From contig JAGWKL010000004.1 of the NCBI GenBank assembly GCA_028865345.1, positions 8,457-72,456 of the forward strand: a stretch of DNA of 64,000 bases, given 5' to 3'. The notes under the pieces were generated by a model. That model worked only from the letters and a program-made list of their open reading frames with translations, made no database searches and was not told where the DNA came from. The position numbers were made by a program, and so were the translations under genes. The first letter of the stretch is position 1. The number at the start of each line of letters is the position of its first letter. This document shows positions 38,981 through 48,238 of the stretch, piece by piece. The DNA is from Candidatus Omnitrophota bacterium. GTDB taxonomy: Bacteria > Omnitrophota > Gorgyraeia > Zapsychrales > Fredricksoniimonadaceae.

Positions 38981-39494
38981 CGTCATCACCTAAGACCTTG
39001 CCGACATAAGAACCGTTTTTAAGCTGCGATAAAATTTTCGAACGGTCCCTGGGGTTCAAATAGTCCAGGATCAATTTGCCCTGGAGGTGGTCATATTCAT
39101 GCTGGAACACCTTGGCCACAAGCCCGTTTAACTGCGCCCGCACGCGGCGGTTGGCGGCGTCGATATATTCCACCCAAACAGTTTTGGCGCGCTTGACATC
39201 CACCAGCACCCGGGGAATGCTCAGGCATCCTTCTTCCATGACGTCGTGGCCGACAGATTTGACGATCTTGGGATTGACGACGACAAAGGTTTCCTTGCCC
39301 GTGTCCACCACGAAAATCTGTTCATTGATGCCCACCTGGGGCGCTGCCAGTCCCACCCCTTTATAGGCGGCCATGGTCTCAAACATCGCTGAAATCAGCA
39401 TGCGCTCGACCGGCCCGACCTCCTTGACCGGCTTGGATTTTGCCTCCAGGCAAGGGTCGCCGTAAAGCCTGACTTTTAAAGGACCGAATTCCAT
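38958..39494 (-). CDS. def: Peptide deformylase
   Basis: GVGLAAPQVG, EGCLS, QHEYDHL. Confidence 0.96.
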   Translation of the reverse strand: MEFGPLKVRLYGDPCLEAKSKPVKEVGPVERMLISAMFETMAAYKGVGLAAPQVGINEQIFVVDTGKETFVVVNPKIVKSVGHDVMEEGCLSIPRVLVDVKRAKTVWVEYIDAANRRVRAQLNGLVAKVFQHEYDHLQGKLILDYLNPRDRSKILSQLKNGSYVGKVLGDDDAYRTKI

Positions 39495-39499
39495 CTATT

Positions 39500-39853
39500 T
39501 TAAGACTTTTTTATTTTATTTGAAGGGCCAAGATATACGATTTTGGGTACAAGGTGCCTGGCTTCATCGGCTTCCAGCAGACCATAACTTAAAATGATCA
39601 CCCGGTCGCCGACGTAGCCGTGGCGCGCCGCAGGCCCGTTTAAACAAACCACACCAGAAGCGGGATTGCCCGCGATCACATACGTTTCCAGGCGGTGCCC
39701 GGAGCTTTCATTGAGCACATGCACTTTTTCACCCGGGATGATACCGGCGGCCTTGAGGACATCGGAATCAATGGTGATGCTGCCTTCATAATGCAGCTCA
39801 GCCTGGGTGATGGTGGCATGGCTAATTTTGGATTTCAACACTTCGATGAACAT
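39500..39853 (-). CDS. panD: Aspartate 1-decarboxylase
   Basis: KSKI, YEG|SITID cleavage site, RLETY, LNGPAA. Confidence 0.95.
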   Translation of the reverse strand: MFIEVLKSKISHATITQAELHYEGSITIDSDVLKAAGIIPGEKVHVLNESSGHRLETYVIAGNPASGVVCLNGPAARHGYVGDRVIILSYGLLEADEARHLVPKIVYLGPSNKIKKS

Positions 39854-39868
39854 AACTGCTCCTAAACA

Positions 39869-40189
39869 TTAAAGATGGGGGTTGATCTTTGCCAACAGCC
39901 TGTCTTTAGGCAGGGCCCCCACGATCTGGTCCACCGGCTTGCCGCCTTTAAAGATCAACAGCGTCGGAATAGACATGACGTTGAATTCCCCTGCCAATTG
40001 GGGGGATTCATCCACATTGACCTTTGCTATCTTCATTTTACCCTGCAACTCCGACGATAACTGATCGATAACAGGGGCGATCATCTTGCACGGGCCGCAC
40101 CATTCCGCCCAAAAATCGACCAGCACGGGCTGCGTCGATTTGACGACCTCAGCTTCAAAATTCTTTTCATCCAAATGTAAAGCACCCAT
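39869..40189 (-). CDS. trxA: Thioredoxin
   Basis: WCGPC, SIPT. Confidence 0.96.
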   Translation of the reverse strand: MGALHLDEKNFEAEVVKSTQPVLVDFWAEWCGPCKMIAPVIDQLSSELQGKMKIAKVNVDESPQLAGEFNVMSIPTLLIFKGGKPVDQIVGALPKDRLLAKINPHL

Positions 40190-40332
40190 AACAATCCTTT
40201 CGTTGGCAATAAAAAATCCCAATATTGATCCTTTGGGAAAGGTAGACCTATTATATAATCAGAAAAGACATATATCAAATATTATCACACGTTTACATGT
40301 TCATTCCTTAATTCTAAAATATAAAACTTATA

Positions 40333-41493
40333 TCAATGGGCCAATAAACGGCAGATCTGTCCTATAAAAATCCCCTCATAAGCGCCGAGGCTGTGCCCCA
40401 GAATGGCCAGCAAGAGCCCCACGCAGGCGAAGCCTGGTTGGTAGATTTCCGCCACCACCGGCGCGGAAACCAGTCCCGCGATATTGGACATGGACGCTGT
40501 GGCCACCAAGAATAACGGAGCCCGGATGAGCCTTGCCGTGGCGAGCAATACGGTAAAATGGACGGCTATGACCAGCACCCCGGCTACGATCAAAATACCG
40601 GCCGTGGCGGCATGGCTCAAACTGGCGCGGGCGCCGATCGAGGTCAGTACAAAATATAATATCCATTTTCCGGTTTTGTCGCTGCCGGTAGGCGCAATAC
40701 GCCTGACAGTCGTCATGGACATGACAATTGCCGTGGTGGAAACCAGGATGATGCTCCAGGCGTAAGGCGAAAGCACCGCCGGCAAATACACAGACAATGC
40801 CCGGCAGCATCTTGAAACGATCAGGGCCAATCCTATCATTAACACCGCCTTGGGCCAATGCACGGGCTGTTTATCGGTTTTGGAAAAACCCCTGGTACGT
40901 TGGGCCAGATCATCCAGGATCCGGCGGTCGGCACGGTTGAAATCATCGAATTTCTTTTGCTGCGATGCCAGGGCGACCAAAATCCCCATCCACGTATAAG
41001 GCACAATGGTGTCCACAATGACCATCGGCAGGAAAACGGAGTCCGGCGCGTTCAACGCTTCCTTGACCGCGATCATATTGGCGCTGCCCCCGGTCCAGGA
41101 AGCGGACAAGGCGCCGAACCCCGACCAGAATTGCGCCCCTACCAGGGGCTTGAACACAACGAAGCTTATGACCATGCCAAGCCAGATGCCGATTGACCCG
41201 GCAAAAAACATCACCAGTGACTTGGGGCCAAGACGCCAGACAGACTTGATGTCCAGGTTGAGCAGCAGCAGAAACAGCGCCGGAGGCAGGAGATATTCGG
41301 TGATCCGGGCGTATAACGGGCTTTTGGGGTCGATGAGGCCGCAGGTGGACAGGACCATGGGCAGAAAATAGATCCAGAACATCGACGGGAGAAACTTGAA
41401 CAGGAATTTCGTGCGCTCATGCCCGGCCAAATACAGAACGCCCGCCTCAACGGACAACAAAATAAGAATAAGAAAGAAATAATTATGGATCAT
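40333..41493 (-). CDS. DUF819 family membrane protein
   Basis: About 11 TM, SWTGGSANM.A, AS.SNI.G..SAP. Confidence 0.85.
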   Translation of the reverse strand: MIHNYFFLILILLSVEAGVLYLAGHERTKFLFKFLPSMFWIYFLPMVLSTCGLIDPKSPLYARITEYLLPPALFLLLLNLDIKSVWRLGPKSLVMFFAGSIGIWLGMVISFVVFKPLVGAQFWSGFGALSASWTGGSANMIAVKEALNAPDSVFLPMVIVDTIVPYTWMGILVALASQQKKFDDFNRADRRILDDLAQRTRGFSKTDKQPVHWPKAVLMIGLALIVSRCCRALSVYLPAVLSPYAWSIILVSTTAIVMSMTTVRRIAPTGSDKTGKWILYFVLTSIGARASLSHAATAGILIVAGVLVIAVHFTVLLATARLIRAPLFLVATASMSNIAGLVSAPVVAEIYQPGFACVGLLLAILGHSLGAYEGIFIGQICRLLAH

Positions 41494-41530
41494 AAATGAA
41501 GGGAATAAATTTGATTTTTTCTGTCCCCTG

Positions 41531-41626
41531 GTATTCGGCCATAGTATTTCCCTCGCAGGCACGCTTTGCCCGCGTCCAGCGACGCGGCAACGCTCGTGCC
41601 CGGGAAGATTTGCCGCGGCCGAATAC
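41531..41626. other. Long imperfect hairpin (candidate structured RNA or palindromic repeat)
   Basis: Nested complementary arms GTATTCGGCC/GGCCGAATAC, TTCCC/GGGAA, GGCACG/CGTGCC, CCGCGTC/GACGCGG. Confidence 0.5.
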
Positions 41627-41654
41627 GCAATATTACAAAAATAAATCCGTACGT

Positions 41655-41786
41655 TATAAGGGATAAGTTTGTTCTTTTGGCAACAGTAAATTTTTTAGCC
41701 AAAGCATGAGACCTTTGGCGGCCCCGCCATAGGCGGGGCAAAAAACGAGCGAAGCCTGTTGCCAAAAAACAAACTTATCCCTTATA
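41655..41786. mobile_element. MITE-like element with ~31-bp terminal inverted repeats
   Basis: TATAAGGGATAAGTTTGTTCTTTTGGCAACAG (41655-41686) and CTGTTGCCAAAAAACAAACTTATCCCTTATA (41756-41786); internal hairpins. Confidence 0.6.
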
Positions 41787-42854
41787 TGTAATACCGATAC
41801 CGGCTTTGACCCTGCTTAAATCGTAAACCCCGTCGTGGGAAAGATACGGATTGCGGGCGGTTTCGCCTTTGATGAAAAACGGCGTGTCCAGGTCGATGAA
41901 ATCAAAATAACCCAGACCCGCCGCCAGGTGCGCCGAGGCCGTCATGGCGAGATTCGATTCCATCATCCCGCCGATCATGAGCTTAATGCCTGCGGCATGG
42001 GCTATGCGGCTGATTGCCAGCGCATGCACCAGCCCGCTCTTCATCAATTTAATATTAACGGCGCCTGCCGCTTTTTCCTTGATGATGCTAAGCACATCAG
42101 CCACCGATGAGCATGATTCATCCGCACAGACACACACCCTGGATTCGCGCGTGACTTTCTTTAAACCCTCCCAATCGGCCTTGGGCACGGGTTGTTCGAT
42201 CAAATCCGGTACGATGCCGATCTTGCTTAAACTCTTTAAAAACTGCAAGGTCTGACGGGCAGAATATCCTTGATTAGCATCCAGGATGATCTTAGAACGG
42301 GCGGTGATGCGGCAGACAGCTTCCACGCGCTTGAAATCCAGGTCCATATCACGCCCGATCTTGATTTTAAAGGCCCGAAAACCTTTTTTGTAAAAAGCCT
42401 CGGCCTTATCTTCGGTTTCTTCAAGATCAGCGATCACAATAGTGATGTCGGTGCGCAAAGTTTTAGGCCTGCTCGCCCATAGGCGCCATAAAGGCAGGCG
42501 CAAATGTCGGCTCAGCGCATCGAAGGCGGCCATCTCGACGGCGGCCACGGCACTTTTATTATCCGGCAGCCGTTCGTGCAGCCGGGCCGAAAGGTTTAAA
42601 TAATCATTGATGGACTTGGCCGTAAGCCAGGCCCCGGCCTGTTTTAAATTCTTGAAGGTCTGTTCAATGGTTTCGCCCGTGATATGCGTCGCCACGGCAG
42701 CTTCGCCGAAGCCTCTGGCGCCGCCGGCCGTCTGGAGCATGAACAGGACATTATCCAGGCTCTCGTGTTGGCCGCCGGCTACGCGGAAAGGTTGATGCAA
42801 AGGCGCTTGCAGGGGTTTCAGGGAAGTTTTAACGACGAGCAATGGGTCATTCAA
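41775..42854 (-). CDS. L-Ala-D/L-Glu dipeptide epimerase (enolase superfamily)
   Basis: FKIKIG, LDANQG, EQP, ADES, NIKLMKSG, DLD. Confidence 0.92.
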   Translation of the reverse strand: MNDPLLVVKTSLKPLQAPLHQPFRVAGGQHESLDNVLFMLQTAGGARGFGEAAVATHITGETIEQTFKNLKQAGAWLTAKSINDYLNLSARLHERLPDNKSAVAAVEMAAFDALSRHLRLPLWRLWASRPKTLRTDITIVIADLEETEDKAEAFYKKGFRAFKIKIGRDMDLDFKRVEAVCRITARSKIILDANQGYSARQTLQFLKSLSKIGIVPDLIEQPVPKADWEGLKKVTRESRVCVCADESCSSVADVLSIIKEKAAGAVNIKLMKSGLVHALAISRIAHAAGIKLMIGGMMESNLAMTASAHLAAGLGYFDFIDLDTPFFIKGETARNPYLSHDGVYDLSRVKAGIGITYKG

Positions 42855-44187
42855 TGGTCACAAGCCTCGTGAGCCGTTGTAATAAAGAACCCTCCGGGCT
42901 GTCCTGCCCCAAAGATAAATCCGAAACGATCACCCGGTCAATGGCGTATTTGACCCGATGTCCGTCCACATTCTTTTTGTACCCGGTCGTATCGTGAATG
43001 ACATAGGGCTTACCATCGACCATGCCCAAATAGAGCATGATATGCCCTTTCATGGCCAATAGGGTGTTGGCCGCGGGCACCGCGGCCAGGGCCTCAATTT
43101 TGGCATCATCGCTTTTGTCATCAAGATCGACGATGGAGCTTCCAACCTGCATCTGGTCCTTGGAATCGCGCGGCAACATGATCCCGACGGTGGCAAAAAC
43201 CATCTGTAAAAACCTGGAACAGTCCTGCTCGCCGTACATGTCTCCCCAGCCGTAAGGCTGGCCCAGCATCATCAGGGCCTGTTTGTAAATATTGCGGGCG
43301 GTGAAAGGCAAAAATCCGGGACTGACGTCTTCCGCGTTCATATACGCCTGTTTGATGACCAAAGCCCCGTCGGCACCAGCGACCGGCACATTGACCGTCA
43401 CGCGTCCGGCGTCGATGCCGGACAAGGGCAGCCGCGCGCCCATGCGCACGTAATCATAAAAATCGGTCATGGAGCTGTTGAGAAAAATATCGGCCTTAGG
43501 CCTGATCACCACCGCAAAGTCTCCGTCCCTGGCAAACTCCCGGACCTGATTGGTGTCTCCCAATGCGATGTCGGCGGCCTCAACCCACCCGTCGCTGATG
43601 TCCGTCAATACATAATACCAAAGCCCGTCGGCGGACGTATGGACCACGGCCACGGGCGTCCCCACATCCAAAGCGCTGTTTTGCAGCTGGTCAAAATCAT
43701 AGTCCCCTTTTTGGGCGTACAGCCCTTCCTTGGTCGGCAAAAAACGCTGGGAGGCGAAATGCACCACCAGGCCGTAACGGGGCGCCTGCCCCATGACCAC
43801 GCCGCTTAAATTCATGTTGCGGCGGGCCATGTCCATGAAACCCCGGTCGTTCCTGATGCCTTCGGCGGTGTAGTAGCCTTTGGAGGTGATCTCGGCCAGG
43901 GTCTTTTGAAGTTCAGCCAGCAGCGACTCGGTCTTGGAATCATCGACAAGGGCAAAAATGTCCTTGGTAAGCTTTTTGTCGTTGCTTATCCTCTCATTGA
44001 ATTGGTCAATTTGATCAGGGCTCATGATCACGGCATCCGGGGAAGGATGGCGGCTGATCCAGAAACCGGGGGCTTTCATGAGCCGGGTGGTGTGGCCTAT
44101 CAACGAAGGCGCTTCATAATTCAGCCGCTGTTGGGCGGATACAGGAAGGGCCAGAAGCAATAAAGCAAGGGTAAGAAGAAATTTCAT
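42847..44187 (-). CDS. SH3 + NlpC/P60 peptidoglycan endopeptidase (YkfC-like)
   Basis: Signal peptide, PYGWG...DCS catalytic Cys, GHIMLY, IH. Confidence 0.9.
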   Translation of the reverse strand: MKFLLTLALLLLALPVSAQQRLNYEAPSLIGHTTRLMKAPGFWISRHPSPDAVIMSPDQIDQFNERISNDKKLTKDIFALVDDSKTESLLAELQKTLAEITSKGYYTAEGIRNDRGFMDMARRNMNLSGVVMGQAPRYGLVVHFASQRFLPTKEGLYAQKGDYDFDQLQNSALDVGTPVAVVHTSADGLWYYVLTDISDGWVEAADIALGDTNQVREFARDGDFAVVIRPKADIFLNSSMTDFYDYVRMGARLPLSGIDAGRVTVNVPVAGADGALVIKQAYMNAEDVSPGFLPFTARNIYKQALMMLGQPYGWGDMYGEQDCSRFLQMVFATVGIMLPRDSKDQMQVGSSIVDLDDKSDDAKIEALAAVPAANTLLAMKGHIMLYLGMVDGKPYVIHDTTGYKKNVDGHRVKYAIDRVIVSDLSLGQDSPEGSLLQRLTRLVTIE

Positions 44188-44207
44188 AAAGTGGTCTATT
44201 TTACCAC

Positions 44208-44237
44208 AAAAGGGGACACTTTAAAGCGTCCCCTTTT
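44208..44237. repeat. GGGGACAC-type palindrome (REP-like; possible osmC terminator)
   Basis: AAAAGGGGACACTTTAAAGCGTCCCCTTTT; related copy at 59468-59499. Confidence 0.6.
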
Positions 44238-44245
44238 CTTATTTT

Positions 44246-44653
44246 TTATGCATAGATGAATTGGACCGGCGTCTGCACGTCCGGGTGCAGGCTTTTATGC
44301 ACCGGGCAGCTGTGGGCCGCGGCCTCAAGCATGGCGCGCTTCTCCGGCGGGATACCGGCAGCCATTTGAAAAACGAGGCTGATCGTGCCGATGCGCCGCA
44401 TCGGTTGCGTCACCATCTCCTTGCTGACTTGGACCTCTGTCCCTTTAAGCTCGATGTTATGCCGGGCCGCCACAATGCCCATGACGGTCAGCATGCAGGA
44501 ACCCAATGCCGCGGCCACCAAGTCCGTCGGCGAGAAAGCTTCCCCCTTGCCCATATTATCCTTGGGCGCGTCCGTATGGATCACATCACCTGAAGGCCCG
44601 TGGGTCAATGCGCAGCGCAATTGGCCTTCGTAAACCATATTCATTTTAACCAT
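44246..44653 (-). CDS. OsmC family protein
   Basis: TDAP.DN.G.G..FSPTDL...LGSC, CPV..SL. Confidence 0.93.
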   Translation of the reverse strand: MVKMNMVYEGQLRCALTHGPSGDVIHTDAPKDNMGKGEAFSPTDLVAAALGSCMLTVMGIVAARHNIELKGTEVQVSKEMVTQPMRRIGTISLVFQMAAGIPPEKRAMLEAAAHSCPVHKSLHPDVQTPVQFIYA

Positions 44654-44670
44654 AATGATTTTTCCCTCCT

Positions 44671-45936
44671 TTATTGGACCGTCTCCACAATGATCCCCTT
44701 TTGAATGTACAAAGGCCTGACAAAGCTCCTGATTTTAGGCAAATACCCGGCGAACACCACCGCCGCTATAATAGACAAAATACCGCCGTACAGCAGGGTG
44801 CTGCTTGCCCCTATCTTTGCGGCCAGGATCCCTGAAAACAGGCTGCCGAAAGGGGCCAGGCCCATAAAAGCCATGGTGTAAAAACTCATCACCCGCCCGC
44901 GTTTGTCCTCCTCGACCATGGTCTGAAGCATGATATTGCTGGAAGCCATCTGCACCATCATACCGAAACCTGAGACTAAAAGCACCGCGGAGCCGATCAT
45001 CAACACGGGTGTGCGGGAAAAATCGAGCACGCCGACACCGAAGAGCGTCGCTGCTACGGTAATGATCCGGCTCAAACCCAGCACATGGCGCCGGCTTGCC
45101 AGATAAATGGCGCCGATGAGCGCTCCCATGCCGGAGGCGGCCATCAATAACCCCAGGGCCCTGGCACCCCCGTGAAAAATGTCCCGCGCGAATACGGGCA
45201 TCAAGGCCGTCAGGCCTCCGGCCACCATGCTGACCACCGATAAAAGCATCAATATGGCGCGGATCGGTATAAAATTAAACGCATACGCAAAACCTTCCTT
45301 GAGCTGGAGCATGACCGAGCCTTGGGCCAGGCCCGAACGTTCCCACGGAGGTAATTTCATCATCACCAAAGACAACAACACAGCGATATAGCTCAAGGCA
45401 TTGGCCAGAAAACATGTCCCTTCGCCGAAAGCGGCGATCAAAACACCTCCGACACATGGCCCTATGAGGCGGGCCGTATTGACCATGGAAGAATTGAGAG
45501 CTATGGCGTTGCTCAAATCTTCCTTGTCATCGAGCATGTCCACGGTAAAGGACTGGCGGACCGGGATATCAAAGGCGTTCACCGCCCCCAGGAACAAACT
45601 GAGAAGTATGATATGCCATACCGCGATGGTGTGCGTCCCAAAAAGGACATACAATACGGTGGCCTGCAGCATGGCCAGCGACTGGGTGATCAACAAAAGA
45701 CGGTGGCGATGGTGGCGGTCGGCGATAACCCCGGCCAAAGGGGCCAGCAGGAAGGTGGCGATCTGGCTTGAAAAACCGACCAACCCCAATAAAAACGGCG
45801 AATTGGTCATACGGTAGACCAGCCAGCTCACCGCGATCATCTGCATCCACGTGCCGATGAGCGATATGCTCTGCCCTCCGAAAAAAAGACGGTAATTTCG
45901 ATGGCGCAAGGCGCGAAAAACTGTTTTAATATCCAT
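44671..45936 (-). CDS. MFS transporter (MFS_3/DHA3-like)
   Basis: RNYRLFF.GQ.ISLIGTWMQ, G.IADR, RGRVMS. Confidence 0.93.
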   Translation of the reverse strand: MDIKTVFRALRHRNYRLFFGGQSISLIGTWMQMIAVSWLVYRMTNSPFLLGLVGFSSQIATFLLAPLAGVIADRHHRHRLLLITQSLAMLQATVLYVLFGTHTIAVWHIILLSLFLGAVNAFDIPVRQSFTVDMLDDKEDLSNAIALNSSMVNTARLIGPCVGGVLIAAFGEGTCFLANALSYIAVLLSLVMMKLPPWERSGLAQGSVMLQLKEGFAYAFNFIPIRAILMLLSVVSMVAGGLTALMPVFARDIFHGGARALGLLMAASGMGALIGAIYLASRRHVLGLSRIITVAATLFGVGVLDFSRTPVLMIGSAVLLVSGFGMMVQMASSNIMLQTMVEEDKRGRVMSFYTMAFMGLAPFGSLFSGILAAKIGASSTLLYGGILSIIAAVVFAGYLPKIRSFVRPLYIQKGIIVETVQ

Positions 45937-45965
45937 GGTTTTTTAATGTAGCACGTCCCCCAATT

Positions 45966-47228
45966 ATGCCAAGTAAAATCTTATCCAGTCATTTCACCAC
46001 TGCCCTCAAACACCGTGACATCCGCTTTTGGATAGGTTCCGTCGGTTTTTTTACCCTGGCCAGCCGCGCGCTGGCGGTGGTCATCGGCTTCCAGGTTTAT
46101 AAGATCACTCATAGCGCTCTGGCCCTCGGATGGCTGGGTTTGATCGAAGCGGTCCCTGCCCTTTCCCTGGTATTGATCGGCGGTTATGTCGCCGATCATT
46201 TTTCCCGGCATAAAATCCTCGTAACCACCAGGACCTGTTCGTGCCTCTGCGCTCTGGCCCTGGCCCTGCTTTCCAGGGAAAGCTATACGCATTCGCTGGC
46301 CGGTCTCTATACGGTCATTTTTCTGGCAGGCATTGCGCGCGGATTTTCCGACCCTGCCACCACCGCCTTTGAAGCCCAGGTCGTCCCCAAAACCATCACG
46401 GTGAACGCCTCGTCGTGGATTGGCAGCATTTGGGTGGCTTGTTCCATCATTGGTCCTGCCATCATCGGCTTTGTCTTTGCCGCCTGGGGCGCTTTCGGCT
46501 GCTATATGTTGATCACGGCCTTCTTTAGCCTGTCCTGGGCCTCGACGCTGGCCATCGGCCCCAAACCCCAGGCCATTCCCAAAGGAAAAGAGCCTTTTTT
46601 AAAAAGCGTTTCCATGGGCTGGCACTTCGTCTTGGGCCAGCAGCCGTTGTGGGGCGCCATGACCCTGGATTTGATCGCCGTTCTATTTGGGGGGGTGATC
46701 GCCCTGCTGCCCATTTACGCCACGGACATCCTGCACGCCGGGCCCCAGGGCCTGGGGCTTTTGAACGCCGCCACATCCGTGGGTGCCTTGAGCATGATGC
46801 TCTATGCCACCAAACATCCGCCCATCGCCCATGCCGGACGCAATTTGCTTTTCGCCGTCGCCGGTTTTGGCGTGAGCGTCCTGATTTTTGGATTTTCCAA
46901 AAATTTCATCTTATCGCTGGCGGCATTGGCGTTGAGCGGTGTTTTTGACGGGGTCAGCATGGTCATCCGCCGTTCCATGGTGAGGCTATTGTCGCCCGAC
47001 GACATGCGCGGCCGGATCTCGGCCGTCAGCTGGATATTTATCTGCTCTTCCAATGAACTGGGGGCTTTTGAAAGCGGGATGGTAGCGGCATGGATCGGGG
47101 CAATTCCTTGTGTGGCCGTCGGAGGCGTTGTTACCTTGGGGGTTGCGGCGGCCACGGCCTGCATGGCCCCGCAGCTTCGCCGGCTGCGTTTTGATCCGCA
47201 CACCCTGGAGAGGATCTACCGACCGTAA
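45966..47228 (+). CDS. MFS transporter
   Basis: About 12 TM, GGYVADH, MRGRISA, SSNELGAFESG. Confidence 0.93.
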   Translation: MPSKILSSHFTTALKHRDIRFWIGSVGFFTLASRALAVVIGFQVYKITHSALALGWLGLIEAVPALSLVLIGGYVADHFSRHKILVTTRTCSCLCALALALLSRESYTHSLAGLYTVIFLAGIARGFSDPATTAFEAQVVPKTITVNASSWIGSIWVACSIIGPAIIGFVFAAWGAFGCYMLITAFFSLSWASTLAIGPKPQAIPKGKEPFLKSVSMGWHFVLGQQPLWGAMTLDLIAVLFGGVIALLPIYATDILHAGPQGLGLLNAATSVGALSMMLYATKHPPIAHAGRNLLFAVAGFGVSVLIFGFSKNFILSLAALALSGVFDGVSMVIRRSMVRLLSPDDMRGRISAVSWIFICSSNELGAFESGMVAAWIGAIPCVAVGGVVTLGVAAATACMAPQLRRLRFDPHTLERIYRP

Positions 47229-47557
47229 TCTCCTGCGGAACCGCCCGCCTGTTTTTGGGTGTCCCCGCCGATAAAAACGCCATCGGTCCGAGACTTGGAA
47301 CTGTCCCCGGCAAAGGGACCATCAAGGGAACTTTTCACCTGCCGGCTGTAATCGCTGCCGGCAAAGAAATTATTTCCGGACGGTTCCTCGTTGAACCAGG
47401 CGAATGCTTTGTCTGTTTGCTGCTGCGTGTTGCCTCCCGTGAACGAATAGCTGTCTCCTACAAAATCTCCATCCGTCTGTTGCCGAACGTCATCAGCCAT
47501 CACTTTGTGACTTAAGACCCACGCCATCAGGGCTATCAACAACAAATATCTTTTCAT
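47216..47557 (-). CDS. Small secreted low-complexity repeat protein
   Basis: Signal peptide followed by G/D/S/Q/F-rich imperfect repeats. Confidence 0.6.
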   Translation of the reverse strand: MKRYLLLIALMAWVLSHKVMADDVRQQTDGDFVGDSYSFTGGNTQQQTDKAFAWFNEEPSGNNFFAGSDYSRQVKSSLDGPFAGDSSKSRTDGVFIGGDTQKQAGGSAGDYGR

Positions 47558-47563
47558 GAATTT

Positions 47564-48145
47564 TCAGCCTTTAAGTTTACCCAGCACTGCGGTGAGATTA
47601 CGCCCCAGGTTTTCGACGGCGGAGTGCTGTTGGGTGTCTTTGAGTTTCCCGTCGGGCCCAAAAGCTTCATGGGCTTTGGGCACCGCCACCTGATCGGGAA
47701 GGACGATCACACGGATATTGGAAAGGACCGAGCGCACCGTGACCAGACCGCGCAGCCCCCCCAAGGCTCCCGGAGAGGCGCTCATCAAACCCGCCACCTT
47801 CCCTGCGAAACAGGCAAGCGGCGGCTCCCCGGCCACGGGACGCGAGGCCCAATCAATGGTATTTTTCAAGACCCCGCTGATGCTGCTGTTGTATTCCGGC
47901 GCCGAGATCAACAGTCCGTCGTGTTCCAGCATTAATTTTCTGAACTTCCCGGCATTTTCCGGAAGACCCTGCCCGGCTTCCAAGTCCCCATCGTAAAGAG
48001 GCATCGGCAGATCGCGCAAATCCAGGACAGTCACCTGAGCACCGGCAGCGCGCGCGCCTTGAGCGGCGATCTTAACGAGTTGCTTGTTGAAAGAACCTTC
48101 CCTCGTGCTTCCCGCAAAGGCCAGAATTTTTGGTGAATATGCCAT
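47564..48145 (-). CDS. NADPH-dependent FMN reductase
   Basis: GSTREGSFN, PEYN.S...LKN.IDW.SR, SPG..GG. Confidence 0.94.
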   Translation of the reverse strand: MAYSPKILAFAGSTREGSFNKQLVKIAAQGARAAGAQVTVLDLRDLPMPLYDGDLEAGQGLPENAGKFRKLMLEHDGLLISAPEYNSSISGVLKNTIDWASRPVAGEPPLACFAGKVAGLMSASPGALGGLRGLVTVRSVLSNIRVIVLPDQVAVPKAHEAFGPDGKLKDTQQHSAVENLGRNLTAVLGKLKG

Positions 48146-48238
48146 GCCGACCTCCTTTATATATTATGTCCGCTCTCCCCACCTGAGGAGATAAATTTAT
48201 TTTTTTTGTTTTGCAAAAAGCCCAGTCTCTTGACTTCG

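Noticed and set aside
39500-39853. panD variant KSKISH instead of KSKIHR
   Set aside because: Cleavage site and key residues are intact; likely ordinary divergence
41490-41765. 91-aa ORF in the intergenic region
   Set aside because: Spans the MITE-like element and hairpin; no protein-like features
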